Shown here one piece after another: positions 59,528 to 64,000 of a stretch of DNA of 64,000 bases. The stretch comes from Verrucomicrobiia bacterium (lineage in GTDB: Bacteria; Verrucomicrobiota; Verrucomicrobiia; Limisphaerales; UBA1319). Each line of letters starts with the position of its first letter. Position 1 is the first letter of the stretch. The notes beneath the pieces were generated by a model. The model saw only the letters and a program-made list of their open reading frames with translations. It made no database searches and was not told the DNA's origin. The stretch spans positions 2,976,001 to 3,040,000 of the forward strand of contig OY760937.1 of NCBI GenBank assembly GCA_963664225.1, in the 5' to 3' direction. A program made the translations under genes and the position numbers.

Positions 59528-60963
59528 TGAAACTGTTTAAATCATATCGCCCCTCGTCGGTGTTGGGCCTGGCGTTGGAAGGCCGCCAGCTCGAAGGAGT
59601 CTTGTTGCGACGCTCCAATGGAGGGTTCATGGTGGCGCGCCGATTGCACACCACACTCTCCCTGGATCTCCTGACGGACGATCCGGAACTGGTGGGCCGT
59701 GAAATCCGCAATCACCTCGAGGAGGTGGGCATCCACGAGCGCCGGTGCGTGATGTGCGTGCCCCTGCAATGGGCGTTGACGCTCTCGGTGCCGGTTCCCG
59801 ACCTGTCCGCGGAGGATGCGGAAGCCTTTCTGCACATGGAAGCCGAACGGAGCTTTCCCTATTCGCCTGACGATCTTTCGATCATCCAATCCCGGCATGT
59901 CGATGCCAGGGGCGGCGGTTATGTCTCGCAGGTGGCCATTCCCAAGGCCCACCTGGCGCGCGTGGAACAATCTCTGCGGGCCGCGCGGCTCAAGCCGGTA
60001 AGTTTTTCTCTGGGGATCACCACGCTCACTGCGGTGGCGCCCACCACGGAGGGTTTGCTCACGCTGACGCTGGGGGAAGGTTCCGTGGAATTGCAGGTTT
60101 CAACCGGCGGCGGGGTGGCGGCGCTCCGAACCATCGAGGGCGCCTTTGAAACCGACGGTGGCAGGACCTGCGCGGATGCGGATCTGGTGAGCCGGGAAAT
60201 CCGCATCACCCTTGGCCAATTGCCCAAGGCGCTGCGGGATCCCATCAAGCGGGTGCGGGTGTTTGGCCCCGAGACCGGGGTGCATCCATTGCTCGACGAA
60301 CTCCGGCCCGGCCTCAAGGAAATGAACCTGGCGTGTGAGCAGGGGGTTCTGCCGTCGATCGATGGATTCGATTCTCTGGCACCCGGACAAAGCGGGGCGG
60401 CCGGAGCGGCGGCTCTTGCGGCGGTTTGGCTCAAGGGGGAGGAACCGGATTTCGAATTTTTGCCGCCGCGCCAGAATCCCATGACCCAGATGCTCACGCG
60501 GTTCTCCTCGCGGCGTGTGCTCTATGCGGGGGCGGCGGTGGGGGCGGTGGCGCTGGTGGTGGCACTGATGTTTTCCTGGCAGCAATGGAAGCTCTCCTCG
60601 CTGGAATCGCGCTGGCGGGAGATCAAGCCGCGTGTGGAGGACATTGTGGCCATCCAGCAGCAGATGCGAAAATTCCGGCCGTGGTTCGATGTCTCGGCGG
60701 AGAACCTGCGCGTGCTGCGCAAGCTCACCGAGGCGTTTCCCGTGGAAGGTTCGGTCACAGCGAAGACGCTGGAAATAAAGGATTTGACCGAAATCAATTG
60801 CTCGGGCCAGGCCCGGGACAACCAGGCGATGCTCAAGCTGCTGGATCAATTGCGGGTGTCTCCGGCGATCAGCGATGTGAAAGTCCAGCAGGTGCGCGGC
60901 AAGTCTCCCCTGCTATTCAATCTGAGCTTTCGATGGACGGAAGGGGCAAGCCATGAAAATTAA
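59527..60963 (+). CDS. GspL / PilM-PilN-like assembly protein
   Basis: Actin-like N-terminal region (EAERSFPY), single TM, short periplasmic ferredoxin-like tail; operon position. Confidence 0.7.
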   Translation: MKLFKSYRPSSVLGLALEGRQLEGVLLRRSNGGFMVARRLHTTLSLDLLTDDPELVGREIRNHLEEVGIHERRCVMCVPLQWALTLSVPVPDLSAEDAEAFLHMEAERSFPYSPDDLSIIQSRHVDARGGGYVSQVAIPKAHLARVEQSLRAARLKPVSFSLGITTLTAVAPTTEGLLTLTLGEGSVELQVSTGGGVAALRTIEGAFETDGGRTCADADLVSREIRITLGQLPKALRDPIKRVRVFGPETGVHPLLDELRPGLKEMNLACEQGVLPSIDGFDSLAPGQSGAAGAAALAAVWLKGEEPDFEFLPPRQNPMTQMLTRFSSRRVLYAGAAVGAVALVVALMFSWQQWKLSSLESRWREIKPRVEDIVAIQQQMRKFRPWFDVSAENLRVLRKLTEAFPVEGSVTAKTLEIKDLTEINCSGQARDNQAMLKLLDQLRVSPAISDVKVQQVRGKSPLLFNLSFRWTEGASHEN

Positions 60964-61486
60964 GAATCGCGAGAAATTATTGCTGTTGGGCGCGGCCCTG
61001 GTGGTGGGGCTGCTGGTGGGGGATAAACTGGTGCTCACGCCCCTGACGCGGGTCTGGACGGCGCGTTCGAAGGCAATCGCGGACCTTACCAAATCACTCA
61101 ACGACGGCTCGGTGCTGCTGAGCCGGGAACGCGATGTGCGCGAGCGCTGGACGGGCATGACCAGCAACACGCTTCCGGCCAATGTCTCGATGGGCGAGAG
61201 CATCGTCCTCAAGGCCGTGGACCGCTGGGTGCAGGCCAGCCAGATCAGTTTCACGTCGATCAAACCGCAATGGAAACAGAACGCCGAGGATTACATGACG
61301 CTGGAATGCCGGGTGGATGCCTTTGGAGGGATGGAAGCCCTGACCCGTTTTCTATACGAGATGGAGACCGATCCCCTGGCCATCAAGGTGGAGGATCTGG
61401 AAATTACCGCGCGCGACACGGCTGGACAACAGCTCTCTCTGGGCGTGCGCTTCACCGGCCTGATGCTGACTCCCGAGAAAAAATGA
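60953..61486 (+). CDS. GspM/PilO-like assembly protein
   Basis: NREKLLL plus TM, coiled coil, LTRFLYEME. Confidence 0.7.
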   Translation: MKIKNREKLLLLGAALVVGLLVGDKLVLTPLTRVWTARSKAIADLTKSLNDGSVLLSRERDVRERWTGMTSNTLPANVSMGESIVLKAVDRWVQASQISFTSIKPQWKQNAEDYMTLECRVDAFGGMEALTRFLYEMETDPLAIKVEDLEITARDTAGQQLSLGVRFTGLMLTPEKK

Positions 61487-62493
61487 AACCGCTTGAAAAA
61501 CGACGAAAACGGACCGGTTCAGGGCTGCGACTCCTGGTGGCCCAGGGGATGGCATTGCTATGGCTGGGCGGAGTGGTGACGCCAGCCCAGCAAGGGCCTC
61601 CGGGCCCGGATACGAACCAGCCTGGGCCATCAGCCCAGGAACCCTCCGCAGGACCGGAGACCAACCCACCAGCCGGACCTGCCGCCGAGCCGCCCATGAA
61701 CCCGGGGCCCGATCAAGGCCCGCCGCCGGAACAGGAACCGGACGCAGACGCGCAAGCCAAAACACAGGAGGCGCCGGAGCAAATCAAGGTTTCGCCCGCG
61801 GCAACCAATCCATCGGCGATCACGGAGAAGAGACCGGTCCCAACCTCTGGAACCAACCAATTGCAATCGCTGGCCGCAGAGCAAAAGCCCGTTGCCACCG
61901 GGACAACCAACTCACCGGTAGTGCGGGAACAGAAATCGACCAGGAACCGGGAATCCAGGCGTCGGACGGCGCCGGAGGAGGATTCCGCCGTGGGCACGGG
62001 AACGAATCTGTTGGCCTTCAAGATCATTTACGAGCGCAATATATTTAATCCGAATCGCGGACCGCGCGCCTCGCGCCGCAATGAGGCGGATGCGCCCAAG
62101 CCGGTGAAGATCGAGGGTTTTTCACTGGTGGGAACGTTGATGTCGGACAAGGGGGCCTATGCCTTCTTCGATGGCACGGAGGCCCGCTACCAGGCGGCGC
62201 TCCAAACCTCCAATAAAATCGCCGGTTATACGGTGGCGGCGATCAACCCGAATTTTGTCACGCTGCGCTCGCCCAGCAACAGCTTCGATTTGGTCATGAA
62301 CATGCAAATGCGAAAACAGGACGAGGGGGACTGGGAATTGACGGTCGCGACGGGTTCCTGGAACAGCACCAACAGCGCTTCTTCAACCAACGCCACCGTG
62401 GGGGCTTCGGATGAAGAAGGGGGCAACGATGCCGCGGCGGATGCAGTGATGAAACGATTGATGAAAAAACGTGAAGAGGAGTTGAAAAAATGA
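61483..62493 (+). CDS. Putative GspC-like protein with a long Pro-rich linker
   Basis: N-terminal hydrophobic segment, Pro-rich region, RNIFNP...FSLVGTL...AFFDG; lies directly before the secretin with ATGA overlaps on both sides. Confidence 0.55.
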   Translation: MKPLEKRRKRTGSGLRLLVAQGMALLWLGGVVTPAQQGPPGPDTNQPGPSAQEPSAGPETNPPAGPAAEPPMNPGPDQGPPPEQEPDADAQAKTQEAPEQIKVSPAATNPSAITEKRPVPTSGTNQLQSLAAEQKPVATGTTNSPVVREQKSTRNRESRRRTAPEEDSAVGTGTNLLAFKIIYERNIFNPNRGPRASRRNEADAPKPVKIEGFSLVGTLMSDKGAYAFFDGTEARYQAALQTSNKIAGYTVAAINPNFVTLRSPSNSFDLVMNMQMRKQDEGDWELTVATGSWNSTNSASSTNATVGASDEEGGNDAAADAVMKRLMKKREEELKK

Positions 62494-64000
62494 AAGCTTT
62501 GAAATTGTCCGGTTTACTCATGATCTCGGCGATGGGGATCCATCCGGCCCAGGCGCAGGAGGCGACCAACGCCGCTCCCGCAGAAACCAAACCCGTGCTG
62601 AGCGCGCCAGCCCAGACCAATGACACCGCGCAGGCCAATCCGCCCCCGGCGGATCAAAAAGGAACGCCCCCGGCGGCCACGCCCGTGCCCATGGTGACGA
62701 CGGCAACGAACTCCACGGTGTCTTCGAATGCGGCGCCCGGGGCCCTGACGAATGCCGCGGGCGAGAAGTTGTTGCGCCTGAATTTCCATGGGGTGCCGCT
62801 CTCGATGGTGCTGACCTACCTGAGCGATGCGGCCGGGTTCATCATTGTGCTGGAGACCGAGGTGACCGGCAAAGTCGATGTCTGGAGCCAGAACCCCGTG
62901 ACGGTTGACGAGGCGGTCAACCTGCTCAACTCCATCCTCAATAAAAATGGCTACGCCGCCATTCGCAACGGACGCACGCTCACGGTGGTCAGCCGCGCCG
63001 ATGCCAAGACGCGCGATATCCCGGTGAAGATCGGCAGCAACCCGGCGGAAATTCCCAAGAACGACGAAATGGTCACACAAATCGTTCCCGTCCGCTACGC
63101 CAACGCGGTGCAAATGGTCAAGGACTTGCAACCCTTGCTGCCGGCCTATGCGTCGCTCACGGCCAATGAGAGCGGCAATGCGCTCGTTTTGACGGACGTG
63201 CAGTCGGATATCCGGCGCATCGTTCAAATCGTCAAGGCGCTGGACACCTCCATCTCGAGCATTTCCACGGTCAAGGTGTTTCCGCTGCGTTTCGCGGATT
63301 CCAAGGAACTGGTGGCGGAGGTCAAGGAGCTGTTCCCCACCCAAAACGCCGCGGGCAACGGCGCTAACAACAATCCCATGGCGATGTTCCCGGGCTTCGG
63401 CGGACGAGGCCGGCAAAACACCCAGGCCGCGAGCACCAGCGAAGCCCGCACCGCCGCCGGACGCGTGACGGCCGTGGCGGATGAACGCACGAATTCGTTG
63501 GTCGTGAGCGCCCCGGATGATGCCATGCCGGTGATCGAACAGTTGGTCAAGGAAATCGACACCAACGCGGAAAACATCACCGAGCTGCGGGTTTTCCATC
63601 TCAAATATGCCGATCCCGTGGAAATGGCCGATCAGTTGACCTCGCTGTTCCCGGATACGACATCGAGCGCCAACGCGCGCTCCTCGATCCAGTTCGGACG
63701 GGGCGGATTCATGCGCGGGGCCATGGGGGGCGCCCAGGCCGCGACCTCCAGCAGCCGGGCCCAGCAAAAGAACCGCGTGCTGGCTGTGCCGGATCAGCGC
63801 ACGGCCTCGGTGATTGTGACCGCGGCATCCGATCTGATGCCTCAGATTTCGCTGATGATCGAACAGTTGGACGCGAACCCGGCGAAAAAGCAGAAGGTGT
63901 TCGTCTATTCGCTGGAAAACGCCGATGTGGATAATGTCGTGGGCGTTTTACAGGACATGTTCCAATCCTCGAACTCGCGCGGCTCCTCGACGAGCACACG
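62490..64000 (+). CDS. gspD: Secretin GspD, N-terminal part (truncated by the window end; absent from the ORF track)
   Basis: Translated by hand from ATG 62490: MKALKLSGLLMISAMG..., LRLNFHGVPL (N0), then N-domain motifs ANESGNALVL, VADERTNSLVVSA and VPDQRTASVIVTA; no stop seen. Confidence 0.88.
   Translation, partial: MKALKLSGLLMISAMGIHPAQAQEATNAAPAETKPVLSAPAQTNDTAQANPPPADQKGTPPAATPVPMVTTATNSTVSSNAAPGALTNAAGEKLLRLNFHGVPLSMVLTYLSDAAGFIIVLETEVTGKVDVWSQNPVTVDEAVNLLNSILNKNGYAAIRNGRTLTVVSRADAKTRDIPVKIGSNPAEIPKNDEMVTQIVPVRYANAVQMVKDLQPLLPAYASLTANESGNALVLTDVQSDIRRIVQIVKALDTSISSISTVKVFPLRFADSKELVAEVKELFPTQNAAGNGANNNPMAMFPGFGGRGRQNTQAASTSEARTAAGRVTAVADERTNSLVVSAPDDAMPVIEQLVKEIDTNAENITELRVFHLKYADPVEMADQLTSLFPDTTSSANARSSIQFGRGGFMRGAMGGAQAATSSSRAQQKNRVLAVPDQRTASVIVTAASDLMPQISLMIEQLDANPAKKQKVFVYSLENADVDNVVGVLQDMFQSSNSRGSSTST

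Noticed and set aside
62514..63767. 417 aa minus-strand ORF, and similar long antisense ORFs (20094-21356, 34042-35385, 36698-38071, 53055-54659)
   Set aside because: These are shadow frames of well-supported genes on the opposite strand in high-GC DNA.

Overview
A 64 kb, GC-rich chromosomal window, probably from a Verrucomicrobiota (Pedosphaera/Limisphaera-like) bacterium; the taxon is inferred from gene content, not established. It contains dnaA with a likely oriC, a large BspA-type LRR surface protein, metabolic genes (tricorn protease, GH13-GH133 debranching fusion, desaturase, tal, rpiB), a copper locus (multicopper oxidase plus cusBA-like genes), a RAYT with a 242-bp-period REP array, a GH127/GH38-like carbohydrate locus, and a type II secretion-like operon with a sigma54-type promoter that runs off the right edge. 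The most striking structure is a three-layer nested mobile element at 8655-12328. A ~162 bp fully palindromic MITE carries an intact IS1380 at its hairpin apex. A group II intron sits 1 nt outside the right inverted repeat of that IS, and its predicted EBS1 and EBS2 are exactly complementary to the 14 nt ending at the insertion point. The intron therefore appears programmed to target IS1380 terminal repeats without destroying the IS. All calls come from reading the sequence; no database searches or folding programs were run.
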